Part shown: in pieces, positions 26,346-39,550 of the stretch
Numbering within the stretch: the stretch's first letter is position 1
How the letters are laid out: each line of letters opens with the position of its first letter
Source: Octopus vulgaris
Taxonomy: Eukaryota
Assembly (NCBI GenBank): GCA_951406725.2
Contig: OX597816.1
Location: 179,180,001-179,244,000, forward strand
Direction of reading: 5' to 3'
DNA: 64,000 bases
The notes under the pieces: generated by a model
What the model saw: only the letters and a program-made list of their open reading frames with translations
Told to the model about the DNA's origin: nothing
The model's database searches: none
Program-made: the position numbers and the translations under genes

Positions 26346-26599
26346 TAACTGGTACTTCATTTCATCTAATTCGAAATCTTTAAACGTGACAATTGCAAAC
26401 ACTATGCTACTTACTATTCACAATTTTATACAAGTAGACACAGTTCTTGAAGATTATTACTATTAGTTCCCTATTAGAAATATGCTCCAGATAGTGAATG
26501 TGTAAGAAAATAAGAGAATTATATTATGAAAATTTCAGAGATGTACTTGTCATGCAAGTGATTTAATGTAAAACTGTGCTGAAACTAAGATGATTGCAG

Positions 26600-26845
26600 C
26601 ATACAGTCAACAAACAGGCAAGTGGCTGATACGCGCATATTCTTAAGGCAGTTCTCAGAGAGATTCAGTACGACACAATGCAACAAGGCTAGCCCTTTGA
26701 ATTAAAAGTACTACTCATTTTTGCCAGCTGGAGCAAAGTGAAATAAAGTGTCTTACTCAAGGACACAACACATTGCTGCGAACCGAACTCATAACCTTAC
26801 GATCATGAGCCGGATACCCTAACCACTAAGCCACATACCAACGCC
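26600..26845 (-). mobile_element. tRNA/CORE-like SINE (family C)
   Basis: Reverse complement of the family seen at 10480-10757 and 30148-30468. Confidence 0.78.
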
Positions 26846-27214
26846 TTTAAAAAACACACAAAGGCTATTAACTTCATTTAATCATTTATTATTTGTTATG
26901 TGTTAAAGTCTTTGTTGCACAAATTGTGACTTGGTCACTGGCAAGGATACATTGGAGTGTAACCTTGTCAGTAATCAGGCCATAGTTTGCCGGGAGTTTT
27001 TGAATGGCAGACATGTGTCTTCAATGCTGCAATTGTGTTAGGAGAATTTAGAATATAACAAACAGTTATTCTTTCCAAATACAACTCACCAGATGTATTA
27101 TAGTTACTTAACCCTGCATTTTAACATTACTGAGTCTTATACCAGTCACGGGGGAAAAAAATAATTACAATAACAAAAATTGATTTTTAAAGAGTAACAG
27201 TAATTTCAGCTGCA

Positions 27215-27470
27215 CTTGGTAGGTTGTGAATACTAAACATTTGGTACTGAAAGTGTAAAAAAGATCATGGCCTTTGAAGTGAAATGTTATAGAAAATGCT
27301 TATCATTCCATATACAGACTATTGAAAGTATTCCGAAAGAAATTATTGGCAAAACCTACAAACCATGAAATTCATATGTCAACTATTAGAAAAAAAAAAA
27401 AGGAAAAAGTTTGGTTGTGTGATGCATAACATTCTAACTCTAGCTTGGACACCATCACTATCACCATCAC
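27215..27470 (+). mobile_element. Old RTE-like LINE fragment
   Basis: Translates LVGCE...KKIMAFEVKCYRK, cf. RTE LYGCETW...KIQAFEMKCYRR. Confidence 0.5.
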
Positions 27471-28374
27471 TGGTAAAAGAACTTTAGGGAAGTCTGTGAA
27501 GAAAGCAACTAAATAACATCAAGGAACAGTGGCTATGGATTTGATATGATAAATATACAACATAACAGATATATACATTTGTATTTTTAAACAGCTGTGT
27601 TTAGAGACACATACATGCATGTGTACATGCACACGCGTACACACACACAAACACTCATATACATACACACACACACACATATATAAATATACACATAGAC
27701 ACACACACACACAAACACTCATATACATACACACACACACACATATATAAATATACACATGGACACACACACACACACACACACAGAGGCACACACACAG
27801 ACACACACACACACATGCACACAAGCAGAGCAAATCAAAAATAATAAAGAAACAAAATCAAACACAAAAGACATCAAAAGTCCTTGTAATGTTCACAATT
27901 AATATTATTAGGTTGATGCTCAAAAAATGTAAAAAGCTATAAGATAAAAAGTATATCGTTTCTGACAATGGTCCTTTGTCATATACAAAGAGAAATGTCA
28001 AGGGAAGAGGAGAAAAAGAGATAACATAAGAGGTGAAAGCCAGAGAAAAGTGCACCTGGGTAGCTTACATATATGAATTTTTCTTCACACCCAGAACGAT
28101 CTCCCATAGAATTGCAGACAACTTTCAGTAAATTCTCATTTAAATTTTAGTCTTGTATTTAAAATGTAAAGTTTCTCAATTACTTTTATTTGAAATATAA
28201 AATTTATGTCATGTATTAAATCAATCTTTTATAAATACTTGATAATGTTATCAAATGAATAAAGTTAAAAAATTAATAAATTATTTATTAATCAATTTTC
28301 CTGGTGTTGAGTTGCCTTGGTGTTGAGTTGTGGTGTTAAGTTGGCAGTGTGGAGTTGTCCTGCACCCCTGAAGC

Positions 28375-28450
28375 TGCCTTACCAGAAATATAGTATCAGT
28401 GGTGCTTCTATCTGGCACAAAAATCAAACTGCATCTCATCTAGACCAATC
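28375..28450 (-). mobile_element. RTE RT fragment
   Basis: DNA identity with the LDEMQFGF..RSTTDAIFLV region of the RTE copies. Confidence 0.75.
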
Positions 28451-30147
28451 AACACCCAGGATGAACGAAAAATTAAATGTAAACACAAACTGAATTGCCT
28501 ATTTAATAAGATAATGTTTGATTCTTTAGAAGATAAATAAAACCCTAATTTTAAATCAAATAAAATTTAATCATAATAATTAGATATAAGGTATAATCAT
28601 ATGTTTTTATTATTTAGTATAACTAGAATATATCTACTTATTTATATATAAATGTAAGATAATATTTAATTAACTACTAATTTCAGATATTTTAGTTTCT
28701 TAATAAAAATCTATAGTATAATATCAGATGGTATTATTCTAAACATTTAATCTTAATTTAGAAATCAAGTTTAAGAATAACGTCAATTTTATGGATAATA
28801 GTATAATGAATATATATCAATTGCATTATAATTATAAAAATAATAAAAAATTAGATTTTTACTGATTTTTACTAATTTTACTGTCTTTTACTTAGTTCAA
28901 AATATTTTTAATTATTTTAAAATATATGTTGAGTAATTTAGTTTACCTATTTACCAACCTAGAAATTTTATTTATCAAAGTTAACATAAAAATAAATTGA
29001 ATTAACCAGGAAAAAAAATTAGACAATTCCCATCATACACTAACTTCTGGCTTCTCCTGATTTATTATTATTATAAATAATAGAAAATACCTTTTAAGAA
29101 CTTTTAAATGTTAATAAGAATTATCTCCCCTACAAAGTAGCTCTCAATGTTGGATTATACAATTGATGGTAGCCATGTTTAATTCATGGAGAGAAAATTA
29201 CCATACAGATAAGTTAACATTTCTTTTTCCTACTTTTATTCCACATTGCTGTTCATTATTTACTAAAGTAAAATTATTCCAACGACTTCTAGTTATATAA
29301 TTTTAGTTTGTCATGTCTTAATATATGATGTAAATAGCAAAATAAGTTCATATAAGATAGACCTGAAGATTGGCAATATAACCGATTTAATATGGTATTG
29401 TATAGAGACATTCTATTTCAGTAATATTGAGGAATATGTTGTCATGAAATGTGCGTAGTCAAGATAATGTAAATTATATGATTTGTAATAAGAATTGAAG
29501 GTATTAATTTTGATAATTTGGAATAAGAATTGTAGGTATTAATTTTGATAATTTTAATATTTAGTCCAATATGTACCTATTGTGGATAATGTCATTCAAT
29601 GATGATTGAGTTGCTTGAGGGCGATTCTGTCTCTTAAACCTATCTATTTATATGTATATAATACAGTGAGTAATTCATTTTAGTACCACTAAATTGAACT
29701 TGTCTCCTCAGTGGACTCGGAAATAACTTCCCTAAGATTAATATTAATTATATATATATATATATATATATATGATACATTGAAATTCATTCATTAAATA
29801 AATATTTTTATAATGAATTTGTCTCAGTAGTCTTGCTTTTGTTCCCTGTCCTGAGAGAACATCTTTGACCTATTTGAGTGAATATATTTCTGCAATTTAT
29901 ATCTCAGCTTGTAGCTGATTTGTCATATAATGACATGTCAAACAAAATCAAGCCACACTTAATATTCAATCATCTCAGTACCAGTCACTTGAGTCAGCCT
30001 CTCATTTTATGATATAAAACCTCCTGGTTTAAAATGTTGATGTTTAAATTAAAACCATCCCAAACCATTTTATCTGAGAACCTTTCGTTTTGTTAAAATA
30101 TGTTCCAAACCTCTGCTTATTAATAACCATCTTGGTTATTTTAGTGT

Positions 30148-30468
30148 AAAGGCGTGTGGCTTACTTGGTTGGACATTTGGCTCATGATCATAAAATTGCG
30201 AGTTCAATTCACTGCGGTGTGTTGTGTCCTTTAGCAAGACATTTTATTTCATCTTTGCTCCAGTTAACTTAGCTGGCACCAATGAGTAGTTCCTGTATCC
30301 AGAAGGCCCAGCATTGTTGCATTCTGTGTTGCATTGAATCTTCTGGAGAACCAGTGCATGTGTGTTTGTGGAGCATTCAGCCACTTGCATATTCATTTCA
30401 CAAGCAGGCTGTTCTGTTGATTGGATTGAGTGGAACATTCATCACCATAAGCCAATGGGGTTCCAGTT
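30148..30468 (+). mobile_element. tRNA/CORE-like SINE (family C)
   Basis: tRNA head, B-box gagttcaattc and core gtgtcctttagcaagacatttt. Confidence 0.78.
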
Positions 30469-30531
30469 AAGTGAAGGTTATTTTACTAAAATCCTTCTAA
30501 ATCCTTGATTATTTGTAAAATTAATCTAATC

Positions 30532-30866
30532 ATAGGTACTGGAGTGGCTTTATGGTAAGAAGCTTTACTTACCAACTACATGGTTCTGGGTTCAGTCCCA
30601 CTGTGTGGCATCTTGCACAAGTGTCTTTTACTTATAGCCTTGGACTGACCAAAGCCTTGTGAGTAGATTTGGTAGATGGAAACTGAATGAAGCCCATCAT
30701 GTCTATATGTGCATGTGTGCATATCTGTGTTTGTCCCCCACCACAGCTTAACAACAACCAGTATTGGTGTGTTTATGTCCCTGAAACTTAGCAGTTCAGC
30801 AAAAGAAACTAATAGAATAAATACCAGGTTTAAAAAAATTTTTTTTAAAGTTCTGGGGTCAATTCG
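30532..30866 (+). mobile_element. SINE family A, 3'-truncated
   Basis: Family A homology ends at ctggggtcaattcg, directly joined to the LINE fragment. Confidence 0.82.
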
Positions 30867-32103
30867 CCATTTGTGAGGCACGCTTTCCCGCAGCTCGTCT
30901 CCATGACCGAACTGCAGTCGTGGATCAAAAAGAGGCCAAGGAAGGGTGAATGGCACCGCGAGAGCCACGTTGCTCTCAAGCAACGCTGCCGTCCTGGGTC
31001 GACCTTGAGTCACTTCATCACAACCAAAGCATTCTATAGGGGATTAGTGGAGGGGAGGTACGACGACGAGCTTGGGGCGAACCTGGACATCGACGAGGAA
31101 TACCTGACCCGCCTGTTTGGGACGACTTTCGGGCCAGGGCCCATGGACAACTTCCAGAGATCCCTGGCCTGGCAGTGCTACCGAGAAGCGCTACTCATTC
31201 GGGATAAGCTCTATAGGCATGGCTCGAGAAACACGGGGCCGACCTGCCCGAGATGCGGTCAGAGCGACGAAACTGTTCTGCACGCACTCGTGCAGTGTCC
31301 AACAATTTCCGACCTGTGGGCTTATGTCGAACAACTGCTGTCACGTGTGGGACGAGTCGGTTTATCAGCTGAGTCTATCGTCAATATTGTCATGCCTCCT
31401 TCCTTCAAACGGGAAGGAAGAGCTATTTTCATCATCCTTGTGGCTATGGCGAAAGAATGTATCTGGTGGACGCGTCTGAAAGGATTGGAGACAAACACTT
31501 TCCTCTCTGGTCAATCTCTCATCAACTTCTTCAAGTACCACTTGAAAAGGAAAGTGAGAGTAGAGAGGCAAGTTTTGTCTAGCGAACGTTTTAAAAAAAG
31601 ATGGGTGAATGTAGCAAGGATGGCACGTATGAATGACGAAGCCACCTTGAGCATAATCCTATGAACCCAGAAACTGAAAACAGAGGGTTACCCACTTGCA
31701 AACAAATGTGGTAACATATAACAATATTGACCAAGGTTACCGTGGTCTTTTTCGTAGGCTTTTCTTCCCACGGATAAACCTTACTTGCTTTCCCCTTTAC
31801 ACCATACATCATGACACTGTGATACACGATCCCTATTGATCGTTCTTTTCCTTCTCCCCCCCTTTCTTCTTTTCTCCCCCCTTTTTTCTTCTTTTTTTCA
31901 TTTCTTTTCTTTTGTTCCTTTTCCTTTTTTTTATTTTTTGTTCTTTTTTTCCCTTTTACGATCCCTTTTGATTGAAAACCTACGTCACCTTTTTTTTTGT
32001 TTCTTTTGTTTTTTGTTTTTTGTTTTTTTCATCCCCCAAAAGAAAAGCTCTGCCTTGTAACTTGTCCCATCTGTGTGCAGCCCTGTGTGGCCAATAAAGA
32101 AAC
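30867..32103 (+). mobile_element. L1/Tx1-clade LINE 3' fragment: ORF2 C-terminus with zf-RVT zinc finger (ORF 30873-31664) and 3' UTR
   Basis: Open 263-aa frame with W..YREAL.IRDKL..HG...CPRCG..DETVLHALVQC and AKECIWWTR. T-rich UTR, AATAAA at about 32093, then a (TCTA/TCTG)n tract. Confidence 0.85.
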
Positions 32104-32292
32104 TTATCTATCTATCTATCTGTTTGTCTGTCTGCCTGTCTGCCTGTCTGTCTGCCTGTCTGCCTGCCTGCCTGTCTGTCTGTCTATCTCGCTCATCTAT
32201 TTTATCTATTTATCTGTGTGTATATGTTTGTATGTATAAGAAATTGGCTGGATTAAGACTTAGAGAGGGATGGGCTCTGCTAGGGTTAAAAT

Positions 32293-32986
32293 GCTAAGAA
32301 GGCTGAGGGTGTCTTGGCATCACTCACCAAATCCTTTATGAGCCGCTCTCCGGCTATCTATCTGCGGCTTTATATAGCTATGGTAAGACCTCACCTGGAA
32401 TTTGCATCACCGGTCTGGAACCCCTATCTTGCCCAGGACATCAATCGTCTGGAAGCTGTTCAGCAACGTGCAACCAAAACAATACCCTCCATCAGGCATT
32501 TGCCATATCCTGAACGCCTTACTTCCCTGGGCATGGACACATTGAAACTCCGACGTCTGGCAGCTGACTTGGCAGACACCCATAAAATTATCAACCATCG
32601 TACAAACAATAACTCTGAGCACCTCTTCAAACTCCACCCATCTAACACCCGTGGACATATTTACAAAGTAAGAAAACAGCACAGCTCCCATGACTTCAGG
32701 AAACATTTTTTCACGCTGAGAGTTGCTGAAGCATGGAACAAACTGCCGGCATCGATTGTTAGTTGTCGGAGCACTGCATCCTTCAAAACTTCCATGCTTT
32801 CTGAGATTCGCCAACACTACACCTGATTTTCTCCCCTCTATACACACACAGGCATGTATCTGACTCATACACTGTTCACTTTCCAGACATTTCTACATTA
32901 CTGCATGTACTTTATATGCACTTTCTGACAAGTTGTGGTGCACCTGAGCACTGTATACAATAATTTCATTATTATTATTATTATTA
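32293..32986 (+). mobile_element. CR1/L2-group LINE 3' fragment (ORF 32314-32826) with (ATT)n tail
   Basis: VRPHLEFASPVWNPY, LEAVQQRATK, RRL..DL...KI, TRGH..K and FF..RV...WNKLP motifs. Confidence 0.88.
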
Positions 32987-33477
32987 TATCATGAAGGTGC
33001 TCCCTCAACTCCAACAGTAGTTCAGAGCCCAAACAAGGGAAAGTGTATTTCAATAAAAATATGGTCGCAAGCGGGGTTTTATATAAGTTGCTAAAAAAGA
33101 AAATAACTAAAGTTTGCTTACACTGGATGTTGAACTTTCACCCCACCCCCCACCCGCCACAAAAACATATTTTCTTTTTCTCTCTCACCCCCTCTCTCCC
33201 TCTCTGTTGAAGCAGGTGTAGTGTTGTAGGACAGGTAAGTCATCCACAGCATTCCTCTGATGTTTACTTATTTCTCTTTTCCTTTTCTTTCCCCACCTTT
33301 TGTGCTATCTCTCTAATCGCTTCTATTTTGTTACTGGTATTTCCTTATCACTCAGTGACCTCAAAAGAAAAAGATCAGCTTTTTTTTAAACAAATTTTAT
33401 TTGGATATACTTAACAGCAGATGGAAATATTTTTGACATGCTTTGTTCATAAAGTGAAAAAAAAAATTCAAGGTATT

Positions 33478-34290
33478 CTTTTATTCTTCTACTTGTTTCA
33501 GCCATTTGACTGCGACCATGCTGGAGCACCGCCTTTTGAAGGGTTTTCGTTGAACAAATCAACCATAGGGCTTATTTTTTAAAAAACCTAGTACCTATTC
33601 TATCAGTCTCTTATTGCTGAACTGCTAAGTTACAGGGACATAAACACACCAACATCGGTTGTCAAGCCATGGTGGTGGTGGTGGTGGAGACAAATACAGA
33701 CACAAAGACACACACATAGATATATATCGGTGTAAGAGTGGCTGTGTGGTAAGAAGCCTGCTTCTCGACCACATGGTTCTAGGTGGCTGGGAAGCAAGCT
33801 TCTACTGTGTGATACCTTGAGCAAGTGTCTTCTACTATAGCCTCAGGCCAACCAAAGCCTTTTCAGTGGATTTGGTAGATGGAAAATGCAAGAAGCCTAT
33901 CATATATATATATATGTCTGTGTTTATCCCCCCACCATCGTTTGACAGCTGATGTTGGTGTTTACCTCCCCGAAACTTAGTGGTTTGGCAAAACAGACTA
34001 ATAGAATAAGTACTGGGCTTAGAAAGAATAAGTCCTGGGGTTGAGTTGCTCGATTAAAGGCGGTGCTCCAGCATAGCCACAGTCAAATGACTGAAACAAA
34101 TAAAAGAATATACATATATATTTCTATATGATGGGCTTCTTTTAGTTTCCGTCAACCAAACCCACTTACAAGGTTTTGGTTAGCTCGAGGCTATAGTAGA
34201 AGGCACTTGCCCAAAGTGCCAAGCAGTGGGACTGAACCTGGAACCATGTAGTTGGGAAGCAAGCTTCTTACCATATAGCCATGCCTTAGC
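33478..34290 (-). mobile_element. SINE family A (minus) with a plus-strand family A copy nested at about 33728-34110
   Basis: The outer 3' half (33478-33720) and 5' half (34128-34290) flank an inverted full copy inserted in the TA tract. Confidence 0.85.
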
Positions 34291-34759
34291 CTAGATATGG
34301 CTATGTGGTTGAGGAGTTTGTTTCACAACCATGTGGCTTTGGGTTCAGTCCCTCTGTGCAGCACTTGGAACAAAAGTCTTCTGAGCTAATCAATGCTATG
34401 TGAGTGAATTTTGTAGATGAAAACTTTGTGGAAGCCATTTGTATATATGTGTGTGTGTTGAGAGAGAGAGAGGGAGAAATAGAGAAGAGGTAAAGGAAGG
34501 CTTTTCTTAACAACCTCTTCCAGTTCACAGCTGACCTCCTTGGAAAGCCAAAAAGTGGGAGGTTAATATGTTTGAAAGAAGGGGTAGAGGGCAGAATGGC
34601 AGCAGTGCATGGTGACCCCAGAAGAGACATTCCGTTAGGAGATTGTCAATGCTCAAACTCCGCATCCCCTTCAACATTGCTGACTTCACTTTTGACAAGA
34701 TGAGGGCAATGGTGGTAAAAGCTAGGTTCTGCTTCAGGGCCATCTAGTATTTTCACAAT

Positions 34760-35330
34760 AATTAGCAACGAATGGCAACTACCTCTTTGACTATATACAA
34801 ATTTGACTTTGTGATTTTGTCTTCCATGTATCAGCTAATAACTGGAAATCTTAGAAATTTCAGCATCTTGCAATATATCCATGATCAAACATTCTCTACT
34901 TCTCTCTGTGGTTTGTGAAATCACTGCTCTTCTGTCCTCCTTGTGATCAATGTTAGTCAAGTAGAATATTGTGGATATATTTACAAACAGCTGACATCAC
35001 ACTTCTACATTGTCATTCTTTTGGACTAAGTCCTTTGTATTTGAAGTATTCTCATGTACCCATTCTGATCATCTTCTCAAGGCGCTATAAATGATATTCT
35101 TCATAGCAATCTGTGTGATCTGCAAGTCGTGCACTGTCAAGATGATTTTGCTATTCCGTGTCTTTGCTCAACCTTTTAGAGAAAGATTCTTCACTGCATT
35201 TTGGATGACATTTATCCCAATTTCTTTTTCTTCCTTCCATTTTTGTTACACAATGACTTTATCTGATGTCATGATTCACAAGAGAACATCATGAATGTTA
35301 ATACTTCTCATCACATTTAAGCTTCCTATC
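34760..35330 (-). pseudogene. Possible highly decayed hAT-like transposase
   Basis: Minus-strand remnants SLKG*AKTR-NS (cf. TRWNS) and ISS...SNLYIV. Many stops and weak similarity. Confidence 0.3.
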
Positions 35331-35443
35331 ATGAGAACATTATTCCATGAGATACTAAACTACCAAGGTTGTTGTAGAAATTCATTTTCAATGAGATTTC
35401 TGATTACTGTTTCTATCATTAAATACACTTCTATATTAAAGAG

Positions 35444-35762
35444 ATGAGGAATTATGTACATTATTCACATTTTACCTCATCTTGTTTGTTGTTAGCACTT
35501 TTTCTTAATGTTTCAGCTGATATATCCTCCAGCCTTCATCAGGTCTCTTGGGGAAATTTTGAAATTCCCAAGGTATTTTTCGATATTATCATTATTATTA
35601 TTATTCAGGTCACTGCCTGGAATTGAACTCTTAACCACTACACCATATGCCCGTGGGCAATTATAGAGTGAATTCTTAGGGCTTATAAATCTAATATTTT
35701 CCTATCCTTCCCTAATACAAACAAGATGAGGACAAATATTCATGAAATGTAAATAATGTAAA
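35444..35762 (-). mobile_element. Small element with inverted ends, tRNA-like A/B boxes and a hammerhead-like core
   Basis: Inverted repeats at 35457-35488 and 35718-35760. Minus-strand TGGTGTAGTGG and GTTCAATTCC at 35608-35652, and CTGATGA-GGCTG..CAGCT-GAAAC at 35510-35542. Confidence 0.6.
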
Positions 35763-36789
35763 AAAGAAATGACTGAAATAGATCTTACCTGCAATATTAT
35801 ATACGGTGGTGTAGGTAATGTTAAACAAGTGATTTGTAACATTTAACAATAATATCCCAGTTACTATCAATAATCACATCTTAAATACTTCTTATTCCTA
35901 GTTGTAATTTTTGTTATCTTCACCTTTTCACCAAATTGACATTTAAGTCTTATTGATTGATGTGTGCAAATTATTTTCTTCTGCAAATGTGATTCTAGTA
36001 TCATAGCAAAACCAATCCTACTTAGAAGTTTTGTAGCAAAAGTGGAGACATTTTTATTTGTTTCTACTTGAAGAGAATTATCATAATTTAAGAATATCTC
36101 ACACAATAGGTTCATATCACATTAACGGCACTTAACCAACATTCGTAGATTCAGTGTTTCAAAGAGAGAATACATTTTTAAATATTAAAATCAGAGTGCT
36201 TACTCATACCACTAAGACAAAGTGATGAAAAATTGTTTGAAAACAATTATTCAGAAACAATTATTTGAAAATAAGTTATTCAAAATAAATATCATTTGTG
36301 TACTTGATTTTTAATTTTATCATTTTTGTTTAAATAAAATAAAAAATTGAGATTAACATTTCGTATAATTGTCCTTTTGAATAATTTTCATTCATACAAT
36401 TTTCCATTTGAATTTTTTGAACAATTATTTTCGAACAATGTTCACATAATGAAGCAGACAATTGAAGCATAGCTGCTCCTCCAACTCCAACACAACTACA
36501 ATACAGGTAACCACTCTAAAGATTAAAGAGAGGTTGCTGCTCCTCAAACCCTTCCTCATTGTCTAGAACGTGGGTTTCCCTAGCTCCCTAAGTGCTACTG
36601 TCTAAAAGCAGCTGTAAATCACTTAATTCTTACTTGGGATGTTGAACGCTAAGATCCCACAAGTCTAAACTTATTGGATGTGTAAAAGATACACAAGCAC
36701 CTTCAATATTTTAACATGTAGATGTCTGAATTGAGTGTAAGGCCCTGTTTGAAGATGCGAGGCAGCATGAATTCACCCTCACAGGAAAC

Positions 36790-37259
36790 TTCATGACAGC
36801 CTGATTGGCACTCATGCCAGTGGAACGTTAAAAGCACATCTGAATGTGATCATTGCCAGGGTGATGGATTGGCTCCCATGCTGGTGACACGTGAAAAGCA
36901 CCATTTGAATGTGATCATTGCCAGCATCGCCTTACCGGCACGTGAAAAACAACATTTGAGCATGGTCATTGCCAGTGCCGCCAAACTGGCTTCCATGCAG
37001 GTAGCATATAAAAAACACCTTTTGAGTGTGGTCATTACCAGTACTGCCTGACTGGCCCTCGTGCCGGTGGCATGTAAAAGCACCCACTACACTCTCGGAG
37101 TAGTTGGCGTTAGGAAGGGCATCCAGCTGTAGAAACTTTGCCAGATCAGATTGAGCCTGGTGCAGCCTTCTGGCTCACCAGTTTTCAGTCAAACTGTCCA
37201 ACCCATGCCAGCATGGAAAGCAGATGTTAAACGATGATGATGATGATGATGATGATGAT
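36790..37259 (+). mobile_element. RTE LINE 3' UTR (solo tail)
   Basis: Tandem units, ttaggaagggcatccagctgtagaaac motif and (GAT)n tail. Confidence 0.85.
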
Positions 37260-37388
37260 AATGCTACACTTAAGAAACAATTGTCTTTTCTTATAGCTTG
37301 GAGCTAACCAAAGTCTTGTGAGTGAATTTGGTAGATGTGACATTGTGCATGTGAGTGTGTGTTTGTGTGCATGCACGTGTATGTGAGC

Positions 37389-37568
37389 ATATCATCATCA
37401 TATTTAACGTCTGTTTTCCACGTTAGTATGGGTTGGATGGTTTTAAGGAGCTGGTAAAGCTGGGAGCCACACCAGGCTCTTTTATCTGATTTGGTATGGT
37501 TTCTACAGCTGGATGCCCTTTCTAATACCAGCCATTTTACAAAGTGTGCTGGATTCTTTTTATGTGGC

Positions 37569-37570
<2 letters not shown>
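37389..37570 (-). mobile_element. RTE LINE extreme 3' tail
   Basis: (CAT)n followed by the ctacagctggatgccctt motif. Confidence 0.78.
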
Positions 37571-37625
<55 letters not shown>

Positions 37626-37711
37626 CATATAATACAGTAAATGAATTAACTGCATCGCAATTCTTAACATTTATGTATTACTTTGTTGGGTACTTCACTA
37701 GCAGTATATAT

Positions 37712-38113
37712 GCCAACCCCCTTTGCTTGTGAAGACATGTTGGGGCAAGCGAAATCGAAATCGAATTGAACCAGCCAGGATCCCTGGTCTGGTGGTACGT
37801 AAAAAGCACTATCCGACTCGTGGCCGATGCCAGCACCGCCTCGACTGGCTTCCGTGCCGGTGGCACATAAAATACACCAATCTGACCGTGGCCGATGCAA
37901 GCCTCGCCTGGCACCAGCGCAGGTGGCACGTAAAAAGCACCCACTACACTCACGGAGTGGTTGGCGTTAGGAAGGGCATCCAGCTGTAGAAACATTGCCA
38001 GATTAGACTGGAGCCTGGTGCAGCCTTCTGGCTTCCCAGAACCCCGGTCGAACCGTCCAACCCATGCTAGCATGGAGAACGGACGTTAAACGACGATGAT
38101 GATGATGATGATG
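37712..38113 (+). mobile_element. RTE LINE 3' UTR (solo tail), young
   Basis: Same motifs, CpG-rich, (GAT)n tail. Confidence 0.88.
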
Positions 38114-38599
38114 TTATCCCATGGAGGGTTGCACTTACAACCCCAATCTCAATTTGTAACTTGAATTAACTTTCTGAGGAATCTGAGTTGCTCATACTTG
38201 TGTACACGAAACATCCACTCTTTACTCTAAGTATTGTTGGTATCAGTGAATACACCCAAGTATAGTACATTTGTTCCTGCAGGATTTGTTCCTGATAATA
38301 AAATGGAGAAGATACTGATCAATTCATCAATGAAAGATGTACCCATCCCTACTAAGGACCACTACACCAAGGTTCATATGTAGTGGTTTAATAAATTATG
38401 TGATTGGGTATTATCTGGTAGTTGATTATTGATTGAGATGTGTTTCTCCATTTTCTTATTTTGTATATATATATATATATATATATATATTTGGTTTGTA
38501 GAGCTATACAATCCTAGCAGCTACCCTATTCGTTTTTACTAGTTAATAATGCTGTTCTCCTTAATTATTAATTCATGTAGGTATATATATACATATATA

Positions 38600-39550
38600 T
38601 CAGGCTGAGTAAAAGGTAAGTGACGTTTTGAAACATGAAATTCATCACAATATATTTCAACAATGCAGAAATTTTATTCATTAAAGTAAAGACCATTACA
38701 ATCAACACATTTTAGCCAACGAGTTACAAGTTTGTTTATTTCGGTAACATAAAAATCTGGAATTCTGGAGCTGATGAACTCTTTGAACGCACTTTCAGCA
38801 TCGGTTTGATTTTTGAACTCCTTCTCTCACAGGAAACCATCAAGGTGCTTGAAAAAGTGATATTCAGTAGGAGAAAGGTATGGGTAATAAGTTGGGTGGA
38901 GAAGAACTTTGTAGCCAAGTTCCCTCAACTTCTAGAGCATCATTAGTGAAATGTGTGGTCAAGCATTATCATGAAGAATGAATGGCCCTCTTCTGTTGAC
39001 CAGTCTGGGATGGAGGAGTAGCAGTTTTTCATTCATTTTGGCAATTTCATGGCAATATGTTTCTGTAGTAATGGTTTTTCTGGGTTTTAAGAAGTTGTAG
39101 TCTATGAGTCTAGCAGTATACCACCAAACAGTTGCCATAACCTTCTTTTTGAAGAGCTCAGGTTTAGGAAAGGTTTTTGGTGCTTCATTTTGGTTTAAAA
39201 ACTGTGAAGAACATTTTTTTATTATTGTACAGAGTCCACTTTTCATTGCAAGCTACAATGTGGTTGAGAAATGGATCAGTCTGGTTACAGAGAAGAAGCA
39301 ACGAGCAAATTTCATATCTGCGAATTTTCTGATTTTCATTCAAAACATGTATAACCTATTTGTTGAACTCTTTTGATTTTCCACTCGCATGCAAATGGTT
39401 GCAAGCAGTTTTCTGACTAACTTCTGCCAGTTCTCGAGTGGTTTTAACTGGATCTTTCTCAAATGATGGTCTTTAATTGACTGTCATCGATGACCGATGG
39501 GCGTCCACTACGCTCATGATCTCCAAAGCTCAGGTCTCCACTGCGAAATC
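38600..39550 (-). pseudogene. Mariner (DD34D) transposase pseudogene with one terminal repeat
   Basis: ERSGRP, NEKW..YNN-like, KKVMATVWW, LHDNA and C-terminal remnants on the minus strand (ORF 38959-39246). TA|TCAGGCTGAGT end at 38600. Confidence 0.87.

Noticed and set aside
27950-27990. Hammerhead-like motif on the minus strand (ATGACAA-GGAC..GTCA-GAAAC)
   Set aside because: Two or more core substitutions, too degenerate to call.
28460-29820. Mitochondrial rRNA NUMT
   Set aside because: The composition is suggestive, but I could not find conserved 12S/16S motifs.
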